From Coleofasciculus chthonoplastes F2-STO-03 (GTDB taxonomy: Bacteria; Cyanobacteriota; Cyanobacteriia; Cyanobacteriales; Coleofasciculaceae), in contig JAVJWO010000041.1 in NCBI GenBank assembly GCA_040222015.1, positions 1 to 64,000 of the forward strand: a DNA stretch of 64,000 bases. Reading direction: 5' to 3'. Under the pieces are notes generated by a model. The model was not told the DNA's origin and searched no databases. It saw only the letters and a list, made by a program, of their open reading frames with translations. Numbering within the stretch: the first letter of the stretch is position 1; the number at the start of each line of letters is the position of its first letter. The position numbers and the translations under genes were made by a program. Of this stretch, positions 1 through 10,167 are shown in pieces.

Positions 1-1161
1 TCAATTACTGACTTAAATTCCCTCACCTTCACACCCGATACTAACTATAACGGCAATAGCAGTTTTGTCTGGAATGCCTCCGATGGCAGCAACTATTCAA
101 CGGGAACAACAGTTAATTTAATCATCAATCCCGTTAATGATTCTCCTGTCGCTATTGCCGATAATGCCACTACACAAGAAGATACTCCAGTTAGTATTGA
201 TATCCTCAATAATGATAGTGATATCCTGGATGGCGATACTTTATATATCGATACCTTTGATATCTTCTCCACCAACGGAGGTACAATTACTCGTGATCAA
301 CGGGGAACTCCCCATGACTCAACCGACGACTATCTTCTCTATACTCCCACCTCTGGATTTAGTGGTGATGATTCCTTTAATTACACGATTACCGATGGAC
401 AAGATACGGATACCGCCACCGTCACCATTACCGTTAATTCAGTTAGCAACTTAACCCTATTTGGTACAGCGAATCATGACAGCCTGATAGGTGGAAGTGG
501 AGAGGATATCCTCCTGGGATTGATGGGTAACGATGAATTGCGCGGGGGTGCAGCGGATGACTTTCTCAGTGGTGGCGATGGGAACGATTATCTTTGGGGT
601 GATAGCGGAAACGACAAACTCATCGGTGAGTACGGCGACGATATCATCTATGGCGGTATGGGTGAGGATCGGATTCAAGGCGGTTTCGGGAATGATCAAC
701 TTTTTGGCAATGAGGGTGATGATATTCTCTCTGGTAATAGTGGGTTTAATCTAATTCGGGGTGATGGTGGAAATGATCGTCTCTACGGCGGTGATGGGAT
801 TGATTGGTTATTTGGTGATCAAGGAAATGATACGCTGATCGGCGGCGATTCCATGGATATTTTAGTCGGCGGTGCTGGGGATGATTTTCTCAGTGGTGGT
901 GCGGGAGTTGATGAACTTCATGGCGATGAAGGTGCGGATCAATTCCTGTTAAATTTGGGTGCAGGAATGGATACGATTGTTGATTTTAAAGTTAGTGAAG
1001 ATTCCTTGGCGTTGGGCTCGGGTTTGACGTTTAACCAACTGCGGATTGAGCAAGTTGAAGATTATACGTTGATTCATGACAATAACAGTGGTGCAGTGTT
1101 AGTTACCCTCCTGGGCGTTCAAGCTAGTCAAATGAGTCAGGGAGATTTTGTGATGATTTAG
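1..1161 (+). CDS. C-terminal part of a large secreted protein with cadherin-like (tandem-95) repeats and RTX calcium-binding nonapeptides; 5' end lies outside the window
   Basis: Frame +1 is open from base 1 (SITDLNSLTFTPDTNYNG...VNDSPVAIADNATTQEDTPVSIDILNND...FNYTITDG), then many GGxGxDxL repeats and a T1SS-type tail ending DFVMI. Confidence 0.9.
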   Translation, partial: SITDLNSLTFTPDTNYNGNSSFVWNASDGSNYSTGTTVNLIINPVNDSPVAIADNATTQEDTPVSIDILNNDSDILDGDTLYIDTFDIFSTNGGTITRDQRGTPHDSTDDYLLYTPTSGFSGDDSFNYTITDGQDTDTATVTITVNSVSNLTLFGTANHDSLIGGSGEDILLGLMGNDELRGGAADDFLSGGDGNDYLWGDSGNDKLIGEYGDDIIYGGMGEDRIQGGFGNDQLFGNEGDDILSGNSGFNLIRGDGGNDRLYGGDGIDWLFGDQGNDTLIGGDSMDILVGGAGDDFLSGGAGVDELHGDEGADQFLLNLGAGMDTIVDFKVSEDSLALGSGLTFNQLRIEQVEDYTLIHDNNSGAVLVTLLGVQASQMSQGDFVMI

Positions 1162-1350
1162 CGGGAAGGTGCGTTACGCTGCGCTCTCCCCTTGGTTTCA
1201 TTTCCGATCAGAGGACTCCATTCAATGATTTGTTTCTGTGTCTGTGAGGCAACCGGAGTCCGGATATCAGCGCTGGGGATCGAAAACTTCCTTAAGCCCA
1301 CTTGTTTGTCCACGACTTCAGACGTATCCTGAACCCTGGAGTCATTGTAA

Positions 1351-2664
<1,314 letters not shown>

Positions 2665-2721
2665 TCCCTATTTCCCATAACCCAACCCGCCATTCAATCC
2701 CTGTAGGGGCGCATTGACATT

Positions 2722-2991
2722 ATTGGTGTCAACTTAAGGTAGAAAACCAATACTGACAAGGTTTTAAGCTGTGTCTGTCTACTTCTTGACATTTCCACCT
2801 CATCCCCTAACCCCAACTCGGGACCCCCCTCGTTCCCCCCTACCCCCCTCGTTCCCCCCTACCCCCCTCGTTCCCCCCTACAAGAGGGGGGATGACAGAG
2901 GATGCGGGAGCTTTTTTTGCACGGGGGGATGACAGAGGATGCGGGAGCTTTTTTTGCACGGGTGAGGGGTTGAGCTTAAGTTGACACCAAT
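2722..2991. mobile_element. MITE-like element with perfect 17-bp terminal inverted repeats
   Basis: ATTGGTGTCAACTTAAG (2722-2738) and CTTAAGTTGACACCAAT (2975-2991); internal 3x19-bp (2823-2879) and 2x37-bp (2886-2959) tandem repeats; no coding capacity. Confidence 0.75.
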
Positions 2992-3220
2992 GACCGACGT
3001 GCGCCCTTTATTCAATGACGCCTTTGAACCCAAAGTTTTCAATACGTTCAGTCGATTCAAAAATAGTTCCTACCTGAATATCGGTGGGTTAAGGCGGATT
3101 GTTCATTAAAAGATGAGTACCTTAATTAAACTCCCGCCTAACCCACCCTACGACATTTAAAATAAGACTCTTTCTTTGATAGAATCTTTGGGTACCTAAA
3201 GTTGAGTATTTTCAGCGTCC

Positions 3221-4186
3221 ATGTTTACCCAAACCGTGATTAATCGAATCGCTACCCCATTCGCTATCAGTGGATTCATCTTATCCATTCTTACCAATAC
3301 CGCCACCGCCGCCACGACGCTAGACAATAATGATAGCGTTAGGGGGTTTATCCAAACCAACTCTTCCAGCTTCCGCTATCGCAACGACTTGATCCCCAAC
3401 GCCCCGATGGAAACCGCTGCTGGTGAAGAATACCGATTTAATGCCCAACAAGGAGATACCGTTCGCATCAATGTTAAGCCCGAAGACAGCAGTAGTCTCT
3501 CACCCATTTTAGTTCTGAGTTCTTCACAAACAGGAAACCAAGTCCTCTACAATGACAAAACCAATCTTTTGGTTTATCAAGTACCCATGAGTGGCGAATA
3601 TAAACTTCTGGTATTAGGTCGAAATAACACCCGAGGCAGATATACGGTGTCCATTTCAGGAATTACACCTGGACTTATTGCCGACAATCCCTCAAATCAA
3701 ACTCCAGATGAACGGAAACAATTATTACAAAATGATTTTGGATTGAGAGTCTTGGAAAACTGTCCATCGGCGACGGGTTCGTTAGTGGTTGTGTCGTTTC
3801 CGGAATCGGATCAAACCTATACCTATTGCGCCAATCCTAACCGTTTCCTCCAAACTGGACAGTATACCTACGACGCAAGTACGGAAACCTTAAAGCCGGG
3901 ACGCCCGGGAACTCAAACCGCCTCAAATCAAACGACCGATCCCCGCCAAGAAAAATTGGAAGACGAGTATGGATTAAATGTACTCGATACCTGTCCTCCA
4001 GCAACCAATTCTTTAGTCGTTATCTCCTATCCCGAAGGCGGACAAACCTATCGCTATTGTGCCGATCCTAACCGGGTTTTTTCGGCGGGTAACTATACGT
4101 ACAATGCCATTACTCAGAGTTTAGAACCTGTTAAAAAACCAGAAGCTTGTACCGTACAAGTCGGGGGTATTTGTATTGTTCGGTAA
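3221..4186 (+). CDS. Secreted protein with a PPC (pre-peptidase C-terminal)-like domain and two Cys-containing repeats
   Basis: Signal peptide ending TATA; YRFNAQQGDTVRI...PILVL...SGEYKLLV...GRYTVSI PPC pattern; duplicated GLxVLxxCPxATxSLVV...TYxYCAxPNR unit. Confidence 0.75.
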   Translation: MFTQTVINRIATPFAISGFILSILTNTATAATTLDNNDSVRGFIQTNSSSFRYRNDLIPNAPMETAAGEEYRFNAQQGDTVRINVKPEDSSSLSPILVLSSSQTGNQVLYNDKTNLLVYQVPMSGEYKLLVLGRNNTRGRYTVSISGITPGLIADNPSNQTPDERKQLLQNDFGLRVLENCPSATGSLVVVSFPESDQTYTYCANPNRFLQTGQYTYDASTETLKPGRPGTQTASNQTTDPRQEKLEDEYGLNVLDTCPPATNSLVVISYPEGGQTYRYCADPNRVFSAGNYTYNAITQSLEPVKKPEACTVQVGGICIVR

Positions 4187-4261
4187 CGGATAGCAAAAAC
4201 TGTTCTTGTTTCTAGTGCAAGAAGGCAGAAATAACGCCAGCAGCTAATATCTTCCCCAGCT

Positions 4262-4335
4262 TCCAGACGTAGCATGCTACGTCTCTACATGCTTCCTCAG
4301 CTTCCCCGGCTTCCAGACGTAGCTACGTCTCTACA
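4262..4335. repeat. Duplicated REP-like palindrome (AGACGTAGCATGCTACGTCTCTAC family)
   Basis: Two copies of ttccagacgtagc(atg)ctacgtctctacatg between convergent genes; relatives at 16157-16188 and 25890-25972. Confidence 0.6.
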
Positions 4336-4352
4336 TGACTCTCTCAGATTCC

Positions 4353-5120
4353 CTATTCCCGGTTTCCTAAGATTTCATCAGAATCGCCAATGGGTTGAAC
4401 TGAACCTGCGATCGGTTCTTGTTTAAGTTCTTCCAAATCTATGGCTTGTAATAAATAACGCCAAGCGAGAGGAAAATTATAGATTTGGGTTAAATCGGCT
4501 GAGATATCGTACCAAAGACGATTATCCCGATAAAATTCGATCCGATCCATCACCCAAGCCGTTGCTATCTTAGTTTCTAAACGCTGAGGATCAAGCCGTT
4601 CAATCACGCCTTGATGCCAAATGATTTTAGATGAATCTGTCGGATCATTAGTTGCACAATAAAGGGTGAATTGCCAACTATACTGTTTATTAACGTCTAG
4701 GGGATTGGCTGTCGTTGGTAGGCTAATCCTGACAAATCCTGGTGTTTCCGGAAGCTGGAAATTAACCTGATAGGTTCGATTTCCTTGCTGTAAATCTTCT
4801 AGAAAGAAAGCTCCTCGATTAATCATGTTACTCTGATAGGGAATATAAAACCAAAATGTGGGATATTCTTTTAATGTAAAGCCAGAAAACTTGACGCCGG
4901 AGTCGGTAATGGGTAATAACGGTGTAAACGGTTGTTCGGTCTGTTCACAAGGTCCACGAGTTCCGGCAGGTTTGCGATCATTATTCGGTCTATCCCGAAC
5001 GGGTGGATCTTGTTTAATACTTGCTAATTTTTGAATAGGATGTGCTTGAACCAGTGGTCGATGAATTGTCAATTCAAGAACTGTTATCGCCAAGATTAAA
5101 GCAAGTTTGCGTGCAATCAT
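4353..5120 (-). CDS. DUF928 domain protein (exported)
   Basis: Signal-like N-terminus from ATG 5120; AGTRGPC, TPLLP, PTFWFYIPY, YSWQFTLYC, LWYD motifs. Confidence 0.85.
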   Translation of the reverse strand: MIARKLALILAITVLELTIHRPLVQAHPIQKLASIKQDPPVRDRPNNDRKPAGTRGPCEQTEQPFTPLLPITDSGVKFSGFTLKEYPTFWFYIPYQSNMINRGAFFLEDLQQGNRTYQVNFQLPETPGFVRISLPTTANPLDVNKQYSWQFTLYCATNDPTDSSKIIWHQGVIERLDPQRLETKIATAWVMDRIEFYRDNRLWYDISADLTQIYNFPLAWRYLLQAIDLEELKQEPIAGSVQPIGDSDEILGNRE

Positions 5121-5133
5121 AGGTTTAAGGGGT

Positions 5134-7464
5134 TTAATCGGATCGCGGCGTTTTAAATGCCTGGTAAGCCACCAGACTTCCACTTGTCGCGAATACAGCT
5201 AGCGTTGCTGGAACCATGGGTAATATATTGCCAGTTTGAATGAAAATAAACCAGCTAATACCATTAATCATTATCATAGAGACTCCCACTGCTAATACCA
5301 GGCGTAATAGAGAATCCCGATAGTACCATGCGATCGCACCTCCAATAACTGACCCCATCCACACCCAAACCAAATCCCCCCATAAAGGTAAAAACGCCAG
5401 CAAGGGCCGTTCTCCCACAGCCGCATTAATAATCTGACTGACCATTTGACTATGCAGGAATAGCCCCCGCATTTCATGATTACCAGGCGTTTGGAATTCA
5501 TCTTTAATTGTGGGATCAGTTATGCCAATTAAAATAATTTTATCCTGCAAAAAATCCGGATTCACGCGATTGGCAAAAATATCACTCAGCGTTACTCGTT
5601 CTACCATGGTTTTTGGCAATTCTGGGGAACGATAATTAAGTAAGACTTGAAACCCTTCCAATCCGATACCACGCTGGTAAAATCCGGGGTTGGCATTTAA
5701 ATTTGTTAACGTCACTGAACCCAATTTCCACCGATCTTCGGAAATAAATTCAGGTGAGATTCCCTCGGCTTGCAGATAGTGTAGGGCTAATTGAAAACTC
5801 AGGGAATAGAAGGTGGAACAAGAGGATACGGCTGGCGGTTTCATGGCGATGAGATGACGCCGAACAATCCCATCTGGATCAACAACAATATCAGCAAATC
5901 CTAAGCGTTCCTTGGGGACTTCAGGGGGCGCAGCAACGCCTTCGGGGATTTGGGGAGACGGGATAACACAGATGGGAATCACGCGATCGCTCTTTTGCAG
6001 ATATTGTACCAATTCATCCCGCCCTTCCCCCTCTGGGCGATCGCGAAAGATATCTAAGCCGATGGCGCGGGGTTGATAGGTGTCCAGTTTTTGTAATAGT
6101 TTGAGCAGGGTGCGATCGTGTAGCGGATATTCACCGCCTAAATTGTTGATATCTTTAGCCGTTACCTCAACCATCAATAACCGAGGATCAAGGGATGGCG
6201 TGGGGCGCATTTCCAAGAGTTGGTCAAAGGCTTGCTGTTCCGTCGATTGCAACCAACCTAGCGATCGCACTCCCATGATTAAACTGGTTACCATGACACT
6301 CGCACCCAGTACCCATTGCCAACCTCGCCGTTTCCGCTGAACGGGTTTGGCGGTAGTGTCGTTAATCCAGTCGTTCCAGGTTGGCGGAACTTGGGTAGGA
6401 TTCTGGACAATTACGGGTAACCAACTCGCACAAGGGAATTGACTCTCTAATCCCTGTAATCGTTCTCTGGCGTCTCTGACGGCTAAATAGAAGGGTTGAC
6501 CTTGGGCAAAGGCAGTGAGAAAATACTTGAGGAACTCTTGCGCCACGCGATCGGGAACTAATTCCCGCATGACAATCATTTGCGGAATCTGGATATCATC
6601 CAGTTGTCGGGCTAAACCTAAGCCATCGCATGAGTTGAAAATAGCCAGTTTTAATCCTCGTTCTACGGCTTTTCTTAACGCATACCAGAGTTCATCAATA
6701 GTTAAACTATCGGTTTGATTAATATAAATCCGCCCGGTTTCCCCTTCGGTTTCACTATGTCCGGCAAAAAAAATGATGTCCCAATGTTTTTCCCAAAGTT
6801 GGTCGTTAATCTCGCGGCGGCTTTTTTCGACTAAAAAGGTAATATCGGTATGGGGTAAACTTTCAAGTAATTTGCGATCGCTTTCAATATCAATTCCCTG
6901 GCTATGACCAAGAATGGCTAAAATTTTTACTTTAGACGTGCGCTGATTTGAGGTGAATTGGGGAGGACGTTCAAACTGAGGATCAGTTAACGCCAGTTCC
7001 GCTTTCGGATAATGGTCAAAAAAATCCCACAAATGCCAAGGAAGTTTTTGTAAGTGCGGATCACTGGTGGATACTAGGAAGCGAATCGTATCCTGAGGAC
7101 TAAGGGCTTCCCGTAACCGTCGATCCAGGGGGCGAAACCCTTCCCCATCTAACCAGGTTCGCAAGCGATCGCCTAATTCATTGGCGGAGTCTTGACAGTC
7201 TCTCAGGCGCTGGCTTACTGAACCATCATAGATAATTTTTTTCGGTTTAATTCGATAGGGGGCGCTAATGCACCGATACTTATGCTGCCAATGAGACTGG
7301 ATGCGATCGGCAAATTCAGGCGCTGCATTTAATACCCCTTTGAGTTCAATATCTGGGGGGGATTCATCCCAACCAATGGCTAATGTGACCCGAAATCCAT
7401 GGCTTTGAAAATCACCATCAAGTTTCAAAATTACTAATTTTTTGTGGGTGGTGTCATTTGTCAT
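5134..7464 (-). CDS. CHAT (caspase/HetF-like) protease fused to a CHASE2 extracellular sensor domain
   Basis: LQKLPW, His-Cys dyad IIFFAGHS...LAIFNSCDG, SWLPV; TM helix; CHASE2 motifs AIGLDIFRD, GFADIVVDPDGIVRRH, KIILIG; three C-terminal TM helices. Confidence 0.9.
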   Translation of the reverse strand: MTNDTTHKKLVILKLDGDFQSHGFRVTLAIGWDESPPDIELKGVLNAAPEFADRIQSHWQHKYRCISAPYRIKPKKIIYDGSVSQRLRDCQDSANELGDRLRTWLDGEGFRPLDRRLREALSPQDTIRFLVSTSDPHLQKLPWHLWDFFDHYPKAELALTDPQFERPPQFTSNQRTSKVKILAILGHSQGIDIESDRKLLESLPHTDITFLVEKSRREINDQLWEKHWDIIFFAGHSETEGETGRIYINQTDSLTIDELWYALRKAVERGLKLAIFNSCDGLGLARQLDDIQIPQMIVMRELVPDRVAQEFLKYFLTAFAQGQPFYLAVRDARERLQGLESQFPCASWLPVIVQNPTQVPPTWNDWINDTTAKPVQRKRRGWQWVLGASVMVTSLIMGVRSLGWLQSTEQQAFDQLLEMRPTPSLDPRLLMVEVTAKDINNLGGEYPLHDRTLLKLLQKLDTYQPRAIGLDIFRDRPEGEGRDELVQYLQKSDRVIPICVIPSPQIPEGVAAPPEVPKERLGFADIVVDPDGIVRRHLIAMKPPAVSSCSTFYSLSFQLALHYLQAEGISPEFISEDRWKLGSVTLTNLNANPGFYQRGIGLEGFQVLLNYRSPELPKTMVERVTLSDIFANRVNPDFLQDKIILIGITDPTIKDEFQTPGNHEMRGLFLHSQMVSQIINAAVGERPLLAFLPLWGDLVWVWMGSVIGGAIAWYYRDSLLRLVLAVGVSMIMINGISWFIFIQTGNILPMVPATLAVFATSGSLVAYQAFKTPRSD

Positions 7465-7515
7465 TTGTCATTTTTCAGGGAACAGGGAATAGGGAACAGG
7501 GAATAGGGAACAGGC
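7453..7515. repeat. Heptamer short tandem repeats (STRR: TGTCATT; AACAGGG/AATAGGG)
   Basis: Visible directly; similar tracts near 9553-9587, 25715-25765, 43045-43180 and 62430-62492. Confidence 0.85.
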
Positions 7516-7652
7516 ACTAACGATAAATATAGCTATTTTGTAAAACTTAAAACTGGGGCGGGTTTAGTGTCATCAGGGTTAGGTAAGAAATGATAGTAGT
7601 CAAACGCGCCCCTACATACAACCATGCCCGAATAACGAAGCGAAGGGTCTAT

Positions 7653-8594
7653 TCAAATGATAAAGGTTTCCGTCATGCTGATATCAGCTAACGATACCCT
7701 AACTTTGAAGCATTCTCCGGGTTCTCCACTAAACTGTAATTGAATTTGCTTTGTGCTTCTGGCTTCAGCTTGCATTACGCTTTCTCCCCTGTCATCCAGA
7801 ATCATCAGTCGCAAATTTTTAGGCAGATAGGTTTGACCGTTAGTTGGATAGATTTCAACCGAAATATCGAGTTCTGATCCGGAGTTTGGTATCAAATTTA
7901 TGACTAATATGACTTGTTCATCATCATATCGTCGTCCTAATGTCAGCCGCTTACCGCGTGTAATTTTCAGATCGGATGGTTCGGATAAGTGGGTGGCTAT
8001 TTGCGTATACGTTCTAAAATTAAAAGCGAGTTCTGTTGGCGAGGAATCGAATAATGTTTCGACAGTCTGCCAACCAGCATCAAAAATATTTTGTAGCCAT
8101 TGACTAAGTTGTATTGGTTGTTGAGATGGGTTAATATGGTCTAATAAATGTTCCAGTGATCTAAGTTGACTTAGGGGGACTTCCTCGGTTTGAACGCTGG
8201 GTAAAAATCCCAGTAACTTGGCTTCAGTTAAGGCTTGATTGAATTCAACGGCTACATAACCAATCCGGTCAGACCAAACTTCTGCGGGGATATGACAGCT
8301 AGCGGCGTTGGGTAAGACGGGACGGCATTCTAATTTGCCCAGATCTTTAATCAATAAGTCGGCTGTATTAGTCAGGGTTTGCATAATTGGATTCCAACTA
8401 TCACTCGCCTGCCAGTTTGTCTGAATTTCTAGGCATTGTAGAGAGGTCTTGACCGCATAAACGGCTAACGTATTTAGGTAAACTTGTTTTGCCTTTTGGG
8501 GGCAATGCTTTTGGTGAAACTGTTGAGCGATTTGATGGGCTTCTAACGTTAGGGGTACGGTCAGCATTAGGGGTTCATTCGTGGTGTGGAACAT
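7653..8594 (-). CDS. DUF1822 family protein
   Basis: KAKQVYLNTLAVYAV, ADLLIKDLGKLECRPV, RIGYVAV, LSQWLQNIFDAGWQTVE, GECFKVRV, ETFII. Confidence 0.88.
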   Translation of the reverse strand: MFHTTNEPLMLTVPLTLEAHQIAQQFHQKHCPQKAKQVYLNTLAVYAVKTSLQCLEIQTNWQASDSWNPIMQTLTNTADLLIKDLGKLECRPVLPNAASCHIPAEVWSDRIGYVAVEFNQALTEAKLLGFLPSVQTEEVPLSQLRSLEHLLDHINPSQQPIQLSQWLQNIFDAGWQTVETLFDSSPTELAFNFRTYTQIATHLSEPSDLKITRGKRLTLGRRYDDEQVILVINLIPNSGSELDISVEIYPTNGQTYLPKNLRLMILDDRGESVMQAEARSTKQIQLQFSGEPGECFKVRVSLADISMTETFII

Positions 8595-8614
8595 TGTATT
8601 CTGTGCCTCAGGGA

Positions 8615-9265
8615 TTATGATGATAAGTATTCTCTTAACTTGGGACTAAATTTAGTTAAGCAACGCTGGTAGAAACTGCTTAAGGTTGAAATCTTAATTC
8701 CTAGTTCTTCAGAAATTTCTTTCCAGGAATAACCGGATAAAAGTTTCAAAGCTAAAAATTGGAAGTTGGCGGCAGGTTGATTTGACGTATAGGTTTGATT
8801 AAAGAGTCCTTCGGGGTCAGTTTCTAGATAGTGAATGATTTCTTGCGACAGGGAAGGCGTCAACTGCGGATTAACTTCGGCTGGATTGTTTTTCTCTAAG
8901 TCATCCAAGGTTAAACGCTTGACTCGTTTGGCATCGACTCCTTTATGCACGGTTGGCATCATAGAACGACTGGCTTCCATGAAGAATCGCTGCTTGAGCA
9001 GAAAGTTTACCCACTGTAAAACTTCAAAACTGGGATTATAGTCGTCAATCCTTTCGCAAATATAACAAAATAAACGTTGCTTGGCTTCATCATAAATATC
9101 CTCATAAAATCCGTGGAATTGTCCGGGATAGGGACGAGTCAGTTTACCTGACTGCTGAATGGCACCCAATAGCTTGGCTAAAGCTTGCTGTCGTTGTTTA
9201 CTAAGGGGAGGATGCTGCTGTGCTTCCTGTGCCAGTTGCTTTAACTGTTGGTCTATGACATTCAT
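8615..9265 (-). CDS. Sigma-70-like (ECF/HetZ-related) DNA-binding factor
   Basis: LKQLAQEAQQHPPLSKQRQQAL N-terminus, YICERIDDYNP...WVNFLL, C-terminal region-4 HTH WKEISEELGIKISTLSSFYQRCL. Confidence 0.8.
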   Translation of the reverse strand: MNVIDQQLKQLAQEAQQHPPLSKQRQQALAKLLGAIQQSGKLTRPYPGQFHGFYEDIYDEAKQRLFCYICERIDDYNPSFEVLQWVNFLLKQRFFMEASRSMMPTVHKGVDAKRVKRLTLDDLEKNNPAEVNPQLTPSLSQEIIHYLETDPEGLFNQTYTSNQPAANFQFLALKLLSGYSWKEISEELGIKISTLSSFYQRCLTKFSPKLREYLSS

Positions 9266-9328
9266 CGATAGCGGTAGGGTTGGTACATCAGTGACATGGG
9301 ATTGCGTTGATACACCGACTTCACTCTG

Positions 9329-9368
9329 TTCATAGAGGTCTCACGAACTCAAGGGCGATTTTATGCAA
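9329..9368 (-). promoter_or_regulatory. Bipartite motif copy 1, upstream of the sigma-like gene (TTGCATAAAAT-N14-TGAGACCTCTATGAA)
   Basis: Matches copy 2 at 9624-9663 with identical spacing. Confidence 0.55.
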
Positions 9369-9460
9369 GGTGGAACAAATCTTTACAAAAGTTTAACAAA
9401 AGCGGAAGGGAGAGTAGCGGCTAAGGAGCTGAGGGAGCTGGGGAAGCTGGGGGAAATTGT

Positions 9461-9521
9461 GTAGGGGCGGGTTTCACTACTATCTTTTCGGTTGCACCCA
9501 TAAGTAACTCGCACCCGCCCC
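9461..9521. repeat. ~60-bp GTAG-type REP/REPIN-like element (GTAGGGGCGGGTTT...ACCCGCCCC)
   Basis: Family members at 7555-7615 (reverse), 21924-21984, 24113-24175, 30499-30558, 37242-37300 and 46869-46930. Confidence 0.8.
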
Positions 9522-9592
9522 GACTTTACTTGCTTCTCAAGGGTAGCGAGTATGACCAATGACCAATGACCAATGACAAATGACCAATCGCT

Positions 9593-9610
9593 TATGTAAA
9601 GATTTGTAAC
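9593..9610 (-). promoter_or_regulatory. HLR1 (RpaB-binding) direct repeat
   Basis: Reverse complement reads GTTACAAA-TC-TTTACATA, a perfect match to (G/T)TTACA(T/A)(T/A)-N2-(G/T)TTACA(T/A)(T/A); an imperfect copy lies at ~9372-9399. Confidence 0.6.
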
Positions 9611-9623
9611 AAAAATCCGACTT

Positions 9624-9663
9624 TTGCATAAAATGCACCGGCTGAACTTGAGAACCTAATGAA
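9624..9663 (+). promoter_or_regulatory. Bipartite motif copy 2, upstream of the small divergent gene (TTGCATAAAAT-N14-TGAGAACCTAATGAA)
   Basis: 11/11 and 11/15 identity to the two blocks of copy 1, but only 4/14 in the spacer. Confidence 0.55.
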
Positions 9664-9685
9664 AGGTAAGATGGGGGCTAGAATC

Positions 9686-9928
9686 ATGTTGATTCGTGAG
9701 ATTGTTCAACAGGCACTAACGACACGCTATCTCACCAGCGAAGCCGAAGACCAACTGCGACGCTTACTCAGAAGTAAATACGACTCACAAGACCTCCGGG
9801 CATTCATGCAGTTACAAAATGCTGTAATGGAGGGTCAGGTGCAACAAGAGTCCCGCCCTTTTTTCGATAACTTCTTGATTTTCAGGGATGATAATACGGT
9901 AATTGTTGATTTGGCAGGAGTGAGTTGA
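9686..9928 (+). CDS. Small conserved cyanobacterial hypothetical protein
   Basis: MLIREIVQQALTTRYLTSEAEDQLRRLL...DLRAFMQLQNAVMEGQVQQESR resembles a widespread cyanobacterial small-protein family; ATG 9686 preferred. Confidence 0.75.
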   Translation: MLIREIVQQALTTRYLTSEAEDQLRRLLRSKYDSQDLRAFMQLQNAVMEGQVQQESRPFFDNFLIFRDDNTVIVDLAGVS

Positions 9929-10167
9929 TGAGAGAAGTGAGAGTTAAACTTTTAATAGTCAATAACCTTCAAAATTTAGGTAAATTGACCATTGATATAC
10001 CCTTAAATGGCTATCGTTCCAGTTCCATTATTTCGGATTTATTGAATAGTTCTCGTAATTTTATTACCCTCACGGATGTAGAAGTGTATAGTGAGAATCA
10101 GCCGTGTTTTAACCCATTTAGTGTCAATAGATTAATTTATGAAACCGCTGATCATGCCGAATACTAG
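9925..10167 (+). CDS. Hypothetical protein, possibly truncated
   Basis: 80-aa ORF overlapping the previous stop; its 3' end overlaps the convergent TPR gene. Confidence 0.4.
   Translation: MMREVRVKLLIVNNLQNLGKLTIDIPLNGYRSSSIISDLLNSSRNFITLTDVEVYSENQPCFNPFSVNRLIYETADHAEY

Noticed and set aside
9596..9609. NtcA box
   Set aside because: Reads GTA-N8-TAA, not GTA-N8-TAC; HLR1 fits exactly
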